DNA from: an uncultured virus (IMG/VR IMGVR_UViG_3300028422_001054)
Lineage: Duplodnaviria > Heunggongvirae > Uroviricota > Caudoviricetes
DNA: 64,000 nt
Virus record (IMG/VR): IMGVR_UViG_3300028422_001054
Direction: 5' to 3' (one strand)
Shown here piece by piece: positions 1-10,066 of this stretch (the first letter of the stretch is position 1; each line of letters opens with the position of its first letter). Below the pieces are notes generated by a model. The model was not told the origin of the DNA. It was given only the letters and a program-made list of their open reading frames with translations, and searched no databases. A program made the position numbers and the translations under genes.

Positions 1-45
1 AGTTTAGAACGTAACAAACTAAATGACGACAAATAGGAGGTTTTC

Positions 46-387
46 GTGAAAGAGTGTGAATATATAGCACATGCTTGTATTAAAAGAAAAGATGGTGTTT
101 TTGCTACAGGTAGGAGTCATTCTGAGATAATAAACTCCTCTCCTTATGGAACATGTAAAAATATTCCATCAGAAAATCAAGGATTTATGACTAGTAGAAA
201 TAGATTTGTAGGTAGGACGGTAGCTTTCGAGATAGCTTACGAAGCTAATCAAATAACTGAAGAGATGTATGAGAACAGTTGTCCTAGATATCTACTAAGT
301 GAATATATTTGGTCAGATATGAGAATACCTTATGATTTAGTAACAGGTTATTTGTATAATGGAGATAATAATGATAGATGTAATTAA
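46..387 (+). CDS. hypothetical phage protein
   Basis: 113-aa ORF, AGGAGG RBS before GTG. Confidence 0.7.
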   Translation: MKECEYIAHACIKRKDGVFATGRSHSEIINSSPYGTCKNIPSENQGFMTSRNRFVGRTVAFEIAYEANQITEEMYENSCPRYLLSEYIWSDMRIPYDLVTGYLYNGDNNDRCN

Positions 388-634
388 AGGTCAAAAGATT
401 TGGGTAGAGCTTACAGCTAAAGAAGATATGTTAGGCAATGAACAGAAGCGTAATATTTGGGAACTTTACAGTGGTAAACTGGTTTTAGATAAATTTGAGA
501 CTACTTCGATAATTTTTAACGAAGCTCATTTCAATGAAAAAGTTAAAAAAGATTTAACTGAAAAACTTCTTGAACTCAAATTATTAGATACTAATTTATT
601 ATCCAATATAGTTTTAAACTCTGGAGGATTTTAA
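371..634 (+). CDS. hypothetical protein
   Basis: GGAG RBS before ATG at 371; overlaps the previous gene end. Confidence 0.6.
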   Translation: MIDVIKGQKIWVELTAKEDMLGNEQKRNIWELYSGKLVLDKFETTSIIFNEAHFNEKVKKDLTEKLLELKLLDTNLLSNIVLNSGGF

Positions 635-1076
635 GTAAATACCTATAATGAAAACAGCTACTTAAGAGAATGTTTTAATAGTTAGCTAGTAAATAAGTTA
701 AAAAGCACTTCTGTTCAAGTGGTATTCTCTTTATTTTCAAAGGTACTTTTATCCGGTATTTTAATCCCATAAAACTTTAATAGACCAACTATCCGGACAT
801 CTCGGATAGTTGATCTTAATAATATTGATACGTTTAAGCATCTACTTTCTAATAATTAGAAATCTTTAGAAGGTCAAGAGCTTCGTAGGTTACTTTGTAT
901 TAGACTGTTGAATATTGTTCATCCACCCAAAAGCCACTAGAATCCACATGAGCTTGATATCAAACCATTTCATACTCATATACAAACATCCAAGAAATAA
1001 TCCTGATGTCAAAAATCCTGTAATAATTTTCTTTTTCATTGTTTACTCTCCCTAAAAGTATTAGTATTTTTCTTAG

Positions 1077-1376
1077 TTAGTCAATGCACTCTCTAAGTAA
1101 TGAATAACATTCGTTTTTGTCTGTACTTAAAGCTCGTACTAAGGCATCCCAGTTATTACTTATATTTCTCCATTGACTACTAACTTTACGCATGTGATTT
1201 ACATTATATAAGTCTAAACTATTTATTGCAGCAATACATCTTTTTAAATCATCGCAATCATGTGGATGATTTATATTAGTATTATGATCTCGATCAATAT
1301 ATTGATTTATAATAGCTCGTGAGCTTAACCCCACATCACCTTCCACTAAGTATTTAATTACTCTATAGGCATTCAT
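1077..1376 (-). CDS. hypothetical phage protein
   Basis: 99-aa ORF with GGAGG RBS; G-x-SS and P-x-D-x-x-D-L-x-R-C pattern seen in small phage proteins. Confidence 0.7.
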   Translation of the reverse strand: MNAYRVIKYLVEGDVGLSSRAIINQYIDRDHNTNINHPHDCDDLKRCIAAINSLDLYNVNHMRKVSSQWRNISNNWDALVRALSTDKNECYSLLRECID

Positions 1377-1553
1377 AGCTTATATCCTCCCAATTCAATA
1401 ATAAGACATAATATTTAATGTATCTCTCTAGAGAACTACTTGTCTATAGGAAGTGTACTATTTTGATAAGTTTTGTGCAAGAGGGAGCTTACCTAGTTGA
1501 CACAAAATACTTTTTATTAAATACTGATATAAACGGTACTAAAAGGAAAATAT

Positions 1554-1826
1554 ATGATTTGTACACGATGTGAAGGGACTGGTTATTTAAATACACATCA
1601 ATTAAACGAGACTATGGAAAAAGCCCTAAATGTTTTAGGTCCTGAGCTATTTCTCGAGAAATATAAAGGTTTTGTGAAATCAAATAAAAATGATGTCCAG
1701 GTTTGTGATTGTTGTGGGGATAGTGCTCTATGGTACGGTATTCCAGGAGAGCATTATAATATAGAAGACCCTAAAGGACGTAAAGGGGTTTATGGATACA
1801 ATGGAGGGTTTAGTGAATGCCACTAA
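1554..1826 (+). CDS. Cys-rich (putative zinc-binding) hypothetical protein
   Basis: CTRCEGTG and CDCCG motifs; TTGACA upstream at ~1497. Confidence 0.65.
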   Translation: MICTRCEGTGYLNTHQLNETMEKALNVLGPELFLEKYKGFVKSNKNDVQVCDCCGDSALWYGIPGEHYNIEDPKGRKGVYGYNGGFSECH

Positions 1827-2174
1827 TGCCTCGAGACGAATATTCAGGGAAAATCTATAAATCGCCTTACGATACTATAAGGAGTAATGATTTTTGTGGT
1901 TGGGGTGTTGTTAAAGAATGCTATGGTATAAAAGAAGGTTCTTAGAATCAAATAAAAAATTTAGAAAAAGAGTTTTAATTTATTTAAAAAAGGAATACTC
2001 TTTATTTCATTTTAACGAAAGTATTTAGGAGGTTAACATGACTGAAGGTCAGGAAGTTTCAAATATGAATAACAGAACATAGGGGCTTATTTAACAACCG
2101 AGGCTAAAGAACAAGCGGTAAAACATATTTTCAATGCAATTTAATGTTGGACTATTGTTGAATAATTTTATACA

Positions 2175-2462
2175 ATGGATGAAGAAGGGAGCTTGTTGCG
2201 AATGAATACGCAAAAATATTACAGTTTATACTACTCTAGAGAAAAAAGTATTTTGAAACTAAAGTTATTAAAACCAAAAGACCTTATGTACGATTATGCT
2301 CAAAGAGAATGTAGTGATAAAGATCCTATATACTACTATAGTGATTGTTATTACTTATCACATAGTAGAAAAGACCTTAAAACTCTGGCATTAGAGATTA
2401 AAGAGGATTGGATTAGTGAGTTAAAGTATTTTCTGAAAATACTTGAGAATATAAAGATTTAA
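2175..2462 (+). CDS. hypothetical protein (possibly 5'-truncated)
   Basis: 95-aa ORF; start uncertain. Confidence 0.5.
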   Translation: MDEEGSLLRMNTQKYYSLYYSREKSILKLKLLKPKDLMYDYAQRECSDKDPIYYYSDCYYLSHSRKDLKTLALEIKEDWISELKYFLKILENIKI

Positions 2463-2492
2463 AATTTTATCAAGGATAAACGAAGGAATAAT

Positions 2493-2681
2493 ATGGGAGC
2501 AGATAATTATAGAGATTGCCCTAAGTGTGGTAAAAGTCATGCAAGAGAGGACTACGAAATATACAGTGAAAACAACGAAGTACTAATTTACTACTCAATT
2601 AACTGTAAGATATGTGGATATAAATATAAGATAGAAGAGAACAGACCATTTCTAGGATTGGAGGAAAAATGTTTAAAATAA
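2493..2681 (+). CDS. small zinc-ribbon protein, paralog of 5603-5782
   Basis: CPKC and CKIC motifs; similar copy at 5603. Confidence 0.7.
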   Translation: MGADNYRDCPKCGKSHAREDYEIYSENNEVLIYYSINCKICGYKYKIEENRPFLGLEEKCLK

Positions 2682-2884
2682 AGCATGATTATTTTATAGG
2701 GGTTAGATTAGAACGACATAATAACGGAATTGTTGAAATGTTTAAATACGGTGGTTTTACTTTACGAACAAAAAGACTAAAAAGCAATAGTTTAAAGGAC
2801 TTAGTTATTGAAGCAAAAAAAAGAATGTTGTGTAACGAGGGACTTTACAACGATGTGATAATAACTTGTATAAATAAACTTTAA
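2669..2884 (+). CDS. hypothetical protein
   Basis: GGAGG RBS, coupled to previous ORF. Confidence 0.55.
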   Translation: MFKIKHDYFIGVRLERHNNGIVEMFKYGGFTLRTKRLKSNSLKDLVIEAKKRMLCNEGLYNDVIITCINKL

Positions 2885-2940
2885 AAAGTGTAGAGCAATA
2901 ATATATTTTTTTTAATAAAGCCTATGAAGAGGGGGAGATA

Positions 2941-3135
2941 ATGAAGAAGGCAAAGAAGAAAGCTAAACCAAGAAAAACAAAAGGAAAAACTCCTAAACAG
3001 AATAAGTGGAATAATGGATGTTATTGTCAGTCAAAGCTCTGTGTACCTGGGAGAGGTATTTTAAAAACAGATTATAGTAGGATAGTAATAGAAAAACAGG
3101 TAGGTCAATCCTCAATACCAGGAGAGAGGGAATGA
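2941..3135 (+). CDS. basic hypothetical protein
   Basis: GGGGAG RBS; Lys-rich N-terminus. Confidence 0.5.
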   Translation: MKKAKKKAKPRKTKGKTPKQNKWNNGCYCQSKLCVPGRGILKTDYSRIVIEKQVGQSSIPGERE

Positions 3136-3413
3136 AGAAGACTTTAATAAAGAAAATAATAGTGTTTATCCCGATAACGCCCTTTTTAGTGATAGGCTGG
3201 CTATCTGGTCATATTTACGAGATAACTAGTAGTATGACTGAAGGATATTTAACACGTTTAAAAAGAAAAATTGGTAGATAGGGAATACAAGGGAGAAAGT
3301 ATGAAGATAGAAGAGACTACAACTATACTTGAGAGTCTAAGAGAGAGGTTTTCTGCAAAAAGCAATATACATGATAATCTAAAAGCAGAGAAATCCATAG
3401 AGGAGAATGAGAA

Positions 3414-3680
3414 ATGATGGTACTTAGTATTGCATTTGGATTAGTAGGAGGTTATCTATTTTTTGCTGCGGGTACACTGCTCTCTGAATATAAATGTCGA
3501 TCAACAATAGGACTTATTTCCCTGGGATTACTCTGTTTGTTTGGTATGTCGATTTACTCTATGTTGCATGAGAGGGACTACTACTTAAAAAATTATCCGG
3601 AGATATTTGAAGAGGAATACAGGGAAGATAAGATTTCTAAGCTAGAAAAACAAATTGAGGTCTTGAGGGAAGGTAAATAA
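3414..3680 (+). CDS. small membrane protein
   Basis: two hydrophobic segments; GAGGAG RBS. Confidence 0.65.
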   Translation: MMVLSIAFGLVGGYLFFAAGTLLSEYKCRSTIGLISLGLLCLFGMSIYSMLHERDYYLKNYPEIFEEEYREDKISKLEKQIEVLREGK

Positions 3681-3763
3681 TGCCTTGTAGTATGTAGTTA
3701 CCCTTAAAGAGTGTAAGAAGACGTATTCAAGAGAATACGTATAGAAGAATTAACGACAGACGT

Positions 3764-3798
3764 AAAAAAGGTAGCTTTTTATAATCTGCTACCTTTTT
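3764..3798. terminator. bidirectional intrinsic terminator
   Basis: AAAAAGGTAGC...GCTACCTTTTT inverted repeat between convergent ORFs. Confidence 0.55.
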
Positions 3799-3916
3799 CG
3801 CTGTGTGCCGAAGATGGTTCATTTAAATAAAAAAGCCATACAATTAAGTAAAGCTTCTATTATGGCGAATAAACACACCAAAATTAACGATTAGATTTAA
3901 TAAGGTTAAATTTATT

Positions 3917-4159
3917 CTAATCCTTAAAAATATAATAATCATGAGTGTAAAAACCATCATCATCTGAATCAAATCCACAACTAAACACGGTGTCATAATC
4001 TATTGCTTTTAGATCCTCTGGATTAATTCCTATAACCCTAACACAGTGCCATTTATGGTTGTCACTATAACAAAAATCGGGGTTATACCTTCTAAATACT
4101 GTCTCAGCAATATTTAATGGTTGTTTATCATGTAATTCTTTGCTTGTATATGTGTCCAT
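3917..4159 (-). CDS. hypothetical protein
   Basis: 80-aa ORF with AAGGAG RBS. Confidence 0.65.
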   Translation of the reverse strand: MDTYTSKELHDKQPLNIAETVFRRYNPDFCYSDNHKWHCVRVIGINPEDLKAIDYDTVFSCGFDSDDDGFYTHDYYIFKD

Positions 4160-4252
4160 TCTGATCTCCTTTAATATAAAAGCAAGCCAATACTAATATT
4201 GAGTACGTTGTATCAGATAGTTCCAAGGATATCTACTTGCTTATGTTTTAAC

Positions 4253-4534
4253 CTACTTAATTAATACGTTTCCTTTTTCAAATGCCACAGCAGGACTAAA
4301 GGACTTATATCCATCTTCATAAACTACATAATATCCACCTGCAATAGGGTTATGCTTTCTTAAGTATTCATGGCTTATTGATATTTTATCATAGTTATCA
4401 TCATGAAATGACATCCACATTGAACCATCACTCTCTTGCCCTACCCCTGTGAACTTTGGGTAAATCTCTTTAATCTTTAAAGCCCAAACCTTTTTTATGC
4501 TTTGGTATTTCGGCATTTCTCTTTCGACACTCAT
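4253..4534 (-). CDS. conserved small phage protein (GGYYVVYxDGYxSFSP motif)
   Basis: AAGGAG RBS; recognisable motif family of unknown function. Confidence 0.7.
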   Translation of the reverse strand: MSVEREMPKYQSIKKVWALKIKEIYPKFTGVGQESDGSMWMSFHDDNYDKISISHEYLRKHNPIAGGYYVVYEDGYKSFSPAVAFEKGNVLIK

Positions 4535-4660
4535 TACATTCTCCTTTGGCTCACTTGCCTACAATCAATATAGCACTATATAAAAGATTATGCAAGAAAC
4601 TTTATGATAAAAACATATAAAAGTGTTGACTAAAGGATATTGATATAGTAAAGTATTGAT

Positions 4661-5337
4661 ATGGATAAATTAGTAAGACAAGAAAAAAAGAAGTAGTTAC
4701 AGACACTTTAATTATTGCAAAAGGTGTGGGAAATCATCATAAAAATGTTATGGAGTTGTTAAATAATTACTCTCATACAAAAACGCTTTCCACGTTTAAA
4801 ACGGAGAAAGTCTCTAATGGTGGTAGACCGGTGGAATATGCAATATTAAATGAAAAGCAAGCAACATTCTTGATTACTCTAATGAGAAACAACGATATTG
4901 TTGTAGATTTTAAAGAGAAGTTATCAAATGCTTTTGTGGAGCAAAGAGAATTAATCGTAAAATTGGTTAACCAACAATCAAACCCAACATGGTTAAATGT
5001 TCGTAAAAATGGAAAGCTGGTAGTTAAGCAGAAAACAGATATAATTAAAAACTTTATCGAGTACGCTATGAAACAGGGGAGCAAGTCAGCAGAAAGGTAT
5101 TACACTAACTTTGCAAAAATGGAAAATCAAGCAATGTTTATCTTTGAGCAGAAATACCCAAATATGAGAGAAGTGTTAACCATTAAACAATTAATGCAAG
5201 TTGCTACAGCTGATGATATTATCGAAAAAGCAATAAAAGAGTGTATGGAAAAGGGAATGTTTTACAAGGATATTTTCAAGGAAGCAAAGAAAAGAATTAT
5301 TGGTAAAAGCCCTATACTAGGATTAGAAAACAAATAA
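4661..5337 (+). CDS. Rha-family phage regulatory protein, with a -1 frameshift near its 5' end
   Basis: GGRPVEYAILNEKQATFLITLMRN...FKEKL Rha motif; N-terminus MDKLVRQEK from ATG 4661 joins VVTDTLIIAKG through the A-run 4683-4689. Confidence 0.75.
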
Positions 5338-5349
5338 GGAGGATGAAAT

Positions 5350-5535
5350 ATGGGAGAAATAGTAGAAGCAATGCTTAATGGTGAGTTGTGTTATGGTTGT
5401 GGTTGTTATATTGAAACAAAGCCAGAGCAACAAGGACAACCAATTTATTGCAGTTATGAATGTAGAGATTGGCATGATTTAGATGTTAAATACCCTTATT
5501 TAGATAACGGTATTTTAATAGATCATGAATGCTAG
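5350..5535 (+). CDS. small zinc-finger protein
   Basis: CYGC and CSYEC motifs; AGGAGG RBS. Confidence 0.7.
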   Translation: MGEIVEAMLNGELCYGCGCYIETKPEQQGQPIYCSYECRDWHDLDVKYPYLDNGILIDHEC

Positions 5536-5602
5536 AAATGGAAAAAGAATATAATGATATAAAGAAGGTGTTAGAGCTTTTATTTAAAGTGAAGGAGATA
5601 AA

Positions 5603-5782
5603 ATGAGTGCAGATAATTATAGGGATTGCCCTAAATGTGGAAAAGAGAACGCAAGAGAAGATTATTGGATTTACAGTGAAAACGATGAGGTAATAGTTTA
5701 CTACTTAATAAACTGTAAAAAGTGTGGGTATAAATATAAGATTGAAGAAAGCAGACCATTATTAGTGTTGGAGGAAAAATGA
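5603..5782 (+). CDS. small zinc-ribbon protein, paralog of 2493-2681
   Basis: 59-aa ORF MSADNYRDCPKCGKENARED, absent from the ORF track; AAGGAG RBS. Confidence 0.7.
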   Translation: MSADNYRDCPKCGKENAREDYWIYSENDEVIVYYLINCKKCGYKYKIEESRPLLVLEEK

Positions 5783-5964
5783 AACAAAATAATCTTGGAT
5801 GGTCACAAGAAACAGTGAATTGGGTTAGAAGTTTAAAAGGTAAGAATAAAATATACTTTGTAGTTGTTCTTTTAATAAGTTCTTTTATTATTGCCCCTTT
5901 AGTTGGTTGGAATCTTGGGAAAGGAATTGGTTTGCTGATGAATAGTATATTGGGTTTAAATTAA
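5779..5964 (+). CDS. small membrane protein
   Basis: hydrophobic segment; ATGA overlap with previous gene. Confidence 0.6.
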   Translation: MKQNNLGWSQETVNWVRSLKGKNKIYFVVVLLISSFIIAPLVGWNLGKGIGLLMNSILGLN

Positions 5965-6065
5965 AAACAATCATAGAGTTTAATAAAACCTATGCTAGAA
6001 ATGGAAAAAGAATATAATGATATAAAGACGGTATTAGAGCCGTTGTTTAAAACGAAGGAGATAAA

Positions 6066-6290
6066 ATGAGGAAATCATTTAAAAGTTATGCTATGAGTGC
6101 AACGTTAATAAAAGATATTCCTGGTGGTATGAATATAATGTCAGATTTAAGAAAGATTAAAGCTAGAAACAAAAAAGAAGCTATTGGGGAATATGTTCTA
6201 CAGATAAATAAAGAGTTTAAAGAACATTATATTCATTGTAGACCGTTGATTATGGAAATAAAAGAAGCATTAGGATTGGAGGCAAAATGA
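6066..6290 (+). CDS. hypothetical protein
   Basis: AAGGAG RBS. Confidence 0.6.
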   Translation: MRKSFKSYAMSATLIKDIPGGMNIMSDLRKIKARNKKEAIGEYVLQINKEFKEHYIHCRPLIMEIKEALGLEAK

Positions 6291-6623
6291 TAATAATAGA
6301 AAACTGTAGTGAATCTGATGCTATTAGTAAATTAAGAGCATATAGAGATAAAGAAGTAAAAATTGACATGGCTACAATAGCAAGGATAACTTCGGGAAAA
6401 CAGATGGAAAGCGAGATAGCATTTATTAGTAAAAATAACAATCTAAAAATTAAGTTTTAGTTTAATCACCAAAACAAGGAGAGAGGGAATGACATATGCG
6501 AAGTGGATTTGGAAAATGGATTACTGTGAAAAAAAACAATTTACCTCCTGCTCAATCTTGGGCATGGAATGAAGCAGAGAAAGCTTTTCAGGTAAGAAAT
6601 TTAGGAAATACAAGGGAGAAAGT

Positions 6624-6932
6624 ATGAATATAGAAGATAGATTACAAATAATATGGAATGGTACTCATTCTAGTGTGAGAAAAAGCCAAATAAAAGAGGT
6701 AAAAACTTATCTTGATAACTTACAACAAGAAAACACTCAATTAAAACAGAAGTTGAAAGAATTCGATTATTTATTATCAATAATATCAAAAGAAAACTGC
6801 ATTGTGGATTATGATCTTGATTATCACAAAACAAAAGATAAAGAAGTTTGTGCTGGTAAAAATAACCGGAATTGTAAATCTTGTTGGAAAGAGGCGTTAA
6901 AAGCCGAGAAGTTTTTGGAGGGGAAGGGATGA
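6624..6932 (+). CDS. hypothetical coiled-coil/Cys-containing protein
   Basis: GGGAG RBS; 102 aa. Confidence 0.6.
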   Translation: MNIEDRLQIIWNGTHSSVRKSQIKEVKTYLDNLQQENTQLKQKLKEFDYLLSIISKENCIVDYDLDYHKTKDKEVCAGKNNRNCKSCWKEALKAEKFLEGKG

Positions 6933-7207
6933 TTGATAAATATGTTAATTGGGTTAGTTATTGGGATAATGAAATAGACTGTCAGATTCAAAGTTTAGAG
7001 GATTATGAGCCAACACTTATCAAAACAGATTGTTCCCATATTAGAATGTTAATGGATATTGATGATAAAGAGTTAATTATTAACGATTGCGAAATCAGAG
7101 ATGACGGCTGTTTAATTGTTTGGGAATTTGGTACTGATGAAGATGGTTTTTCTCTAACTTTTTTAATCGGGAAAGATGATTTAATTAAGCATGTAGAATT
7201 TTACTAA
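6929..7207 (+). CDS. acidic hypothetical protein
   Basis: ATGA overlap at 6929 is the likelier start. Confidence 0.6.
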   Translation: MIDKYVNWVSYWDNEIDCQIQSLEDYEPTLIKTDCSHIRMLMDIDDKELIINDCEIRDDGCLIVWEFGTDEDGFSLTFLIGKDDLIKHVEFY

Positions 7208-7217
7208 AGGATAACAA

Positions 7218-7469
7218 ATGAAAGATATAGATAAGTTAAGACTAGATTCAACAGGAGATTACTATAACGCAAATGATGTTGAAAAGTTAGTTGACTCTCT
7301 CAATAAGAAGATAGAAGAGTTAGAGACTTGTAGAAAATGCTTAAGAGTTAAAAACTGTGAAGTGTGTACACATAATACGCTTAAAAGACAAGACTGTTAT
7401 TCAGATAATTTTGTGCTTGACAATGAAAAGTATAAGAATTATTTCACAAAGGAGAATAAGACAGAATGA
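7218..7469 (+). CDS. hypothetical protein
   Basis: AAGGA RBS; shares SLNKKIEELE with 11585-12004. Confidence 0.6.
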   Translation: MKDIDKLRLDSTGDYYNANDVEKLVDSLNKKIEELETCRKCLRVKNCEVCTHNTLKRQDCYSDNFVLDNEKYKNYFTKENKTE

Positions 7470-7777
7470 AATGTAATAATACCAAATGTGTAGAGTATAA
7501 CCACAAATACCCATTAAATTGTTCTTGTCATGTAGAAGATGAGAGATCAGTTTCAAGGTGTGATTGTTTTCAAAAGAATGAAATAATAGACATCAAACAA
7601 CTAACACTAGACCAATTAAGAGAGCAGTTTGAGATATTTTATATAAATCAAAACGGAACTATGAAAAAGGATTTATTAAGTAGATCAACAAAAGGTAATT
7701 ACGGTTTTCATAAGGTTCAAATGATGTGGTTAGTATATAAAGAATGTGCCAGAGCCAACAATATAATTAAGGAGTAG
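7466..7777 (+). CDS. hypothetical protein
   Basis: shares IKQLT..LR.QFE...CA..NN domain with 12311-12616. Confidence 0.65.
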   Translation: MKCNNTKCVEYNHKYPLNCSCHVEDERSVSRCDCFQKNEIIDIKQLTLDQLREQFEIFYINQNGTMKKDLLSRSTKGNYGFHKVQMMWLVYKECARANNIIKE

Positions 7778-8392
7778 ATATGAAGTGCCAAAGAAAACAA
7801 TGTTTATCGTGCTGTCAATGTATCAGTATGATAAAGATAACATGGATAATATGACAGAGCTTGAATTGATAGAGGGCGTTGTATTACTTGATAAGCATAT
7901 TTAAAAATTGTTTGGCTGAATCATTAGCCTGTTGTTTCCGTTTCTTCTCTAATAGTCTCCATCTTTTCATGGTGTCACCTTAATATCTTGGCTTATCTTT
8001 AGTGAATAAAGGTATAAATAGAAAATAAAATGTTGTCTTTACCCTGGGCAATCTCGCTTCTTTCCACATAATCATCTTGATAAACATGTTTTTTATCTCT
8101 TGGCTTAATATAATGTCTCTCTCTCTCTTGTTTTTATAGTAAACACTCTTCTCTCCTTCCTGTTATACGCTTAATCTTCATCTTTAGTAATAAGTGTTTC
8201 AATCACTCCACTCACAAATGTTACTATAATCACTTCGTATGTGATAAGTACCTGTTTAATAGTCATATAGCCCCACCTACAACAAACTTGCTAATCAATG
8301 TGAACATCCCCACAAACAAACCCCATCTAAGTAAAGATATTATTGCTTTGTTCATCCTCTCTCCTTTATACCCTCCGTAGAGGGCTGTGACA

Positions 8393-8851
8393 CTAATCTT
8401 TGGTTATTGTAGTTTCTTTTTTAGATTTCTCAATAACTTCTGATAATTTCAAAGCTTCTTTTTTAAAACTATTCGCAACAAAGACGCCTAATAAAATATA
8501 GACAGCTAATGTATAGTGAAACGTAAGGGCAGCTAATATTAGAGTTAAAATTAAAATTATAAGCAATAAGTCTATTTTTGTATCAATTTTAGCACCTTCT
8601 TTTAATACTTTGTTATCCATTTCAGAACCTTTGTTTGGGTCTTTAGTAATCATAGTGTTAAGTATTTTAAATAAAAATATACATAAGAAACACAATATTG
8701 TTACCCCAGCAACATATACGGTAAATATAGTAGACCCAATTTCCATAAACCCTAATATACTTTGATGTACACTAAAAATCTCAAATTGATTTAAAGCTAA
8801 TACGCTATAAATCCCTAATCCTAATAAACTAATAACTCTTCCCGATTTCAT
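8393..8851 (-). CDS. multi-pass membrane protein
   Basis: four hydrophobic segments; AAGGAG RBS. Confidence 0.7.
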   Translation of the reverse strand: MKSGRVISLLGLGIYSVLALNQFEIFSVHQSILGFMEIGSTIFTVYVAGVTILCFLCIFLFKILNTMITKDPNKGSEMDNKVLKEGAKIDTKIDLLLIILILTLILAALTFHYTLAVYILLGVFVANSFKKEALKLSEVIEKSKKETTITKD

Positions 8852-9046
8852 ACTTTCTCCTTCAATCTATTCAATCCCTTTAACACTAAATAATCTTTCA
8901 TTGTTAAACCTTCTCTCTTTTCTAACCGTCTTAAATCTTCTTTGTTTTTCGGTTGTTTCTATTATTCTGTATTTCATGTTTTAAAATATATAACATAATG
9001 TAAAACAAAGTCAAGTCAAGTAAATAAAAACTATTTAACAGATGAA

Positions 9047-9075
9047 TAGACAAATAAACATATTCATGTTATATT
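9047..9075 (+). promoter_or_regulatory. sigma70-type promoter upstream of the candidate ncRNA
   Basis: TAGACA-17 nt-TATATT with TG extension; ATGAATA/TATTCAT inverted repeat (9042-9067) overlaps it. Confidence 0.55.
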
Positions 9076-9080
9076 AAACG

Positions 9081-9512
9081 AGTCAAAGGACTTATCACTC
9101 TTGTTAATGACAACAGACCAGATGTACAATACAAAGAGTTTGATTTGTATTCTTTAATCGTTTTATAGCTGGGGCGGTGTTTGTGTGTGATAGCATAAAG
9201 AAAGGAGTACAAACTAAGCTCTTTCTTATACTTTGATGTGGTGTTTGATAAAGATTAGACCACGCCAAAACCTCAAATAAACGGGTAACTGTTAGACTAT
9301 AAGCCTAGCAACGAGCGAACTTGATAGAAAATTATGCCATGACTTGAAAAGTCAATAAACTTATTCAGCCGTAAGGACTAAATTAAATAGTTCTTTAGTG
9401 GAATCCGCCTTGATGTGCTGGTTTTATCTGTATGATATAATTAAGAGTGTGAGTATCGCATATAGACTTAGTTTTATCAATCATGCCTATTTGCTGGTAG
9501 GGTTTGTAGTAT
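9081..9512 (+). ncRNA. candidate large structured non-coding RNA
   Basis: no credible ORF; four nested long-range helices, many local hairpins and a possible pseudoknot; promoter directly upstream. Confidence 0.55.
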
Positions 9513-9536
9513 CTTAAAAAAATAAAGGAGAACAAA

Positions 9537-9776
9537 GTGTTAATAATAAATAAAATCAAAGAGATTATGGTGTTGATATCAGGAACATCCAAAACATGCG
9601 ACCACAGTTATATCCAATAGGATCTTACATGTATAGGCATGGATCATTACCCGAAATATGTCAAACACAAATGTACGAAATGTGGGGATGAGATAGAAAG
9701 AAGAAATAAATATATGTCTTGCTGCGGTCGAGAAAAAAAGGTTTCAAGTAAATGCTTATATTGTGGAAAATTTTAG
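9537..9776 (+). pseudogene. Cys-rich zinc-binding protein with in-frame TAG
   Basis: AAGGAG RBS, GTG start, TAG at 9618; paralog of 12939-13157. Confidence 0.65.
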
Positions 9777-9862
9777 ATTAGCAATAGAGTCTTATCTATT
9801 AAAAGTTAACCAGTAGTCTTGACTAAGGGTATAGTGATAGGTTTAAGTTAAAAGGAGAGTAT

Positions 9863-10066
9863 ATGAAGAAAGCATGGATATTAGGTTTTGAAAAGACTGG
9901 ATTTATTTACGTTGTACATATGGATACGTTTATAGATGGTGAAGTAGTCCTATGTCAACAAAGCAGATTTTACAATCTTGATTTAGTTGAAAAGAAATTA
10001 GTTACAGATTTGGGGACATTTGAAGTTGTGGAACAGTACATAGATTTTATAGAACTAAGCAATTAA
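9863..10066 (+). CDS. hypothetical protein
   Basis: AAGGAG RBS; TTGACT upstream. Confidence 0.65.
   Translation: MKKAWILGFEKTGFIYVVHMDTFIDGEVVLCQQSRFYNLDLVEKKLVTDLGTFEVVEQYIDFIELSN

Larger units (their letters stand above)
5529..6070 (+). repeat. 79-bp imperfect direct repeat (5529-5607 and 5992-6070)
   Basis: ATGCTAGAAATGGAAAAAGAATATAATGATATAAAGA...GAAGGAGATAAAATGAG occurs twice. Confidence 0.9.

Noticed and set aside
9395..9592. 65-aa minus-strand ORF
   Set aside because: No convincing RBS; overlaps the candidate ncRNA and the + strand pseudogene
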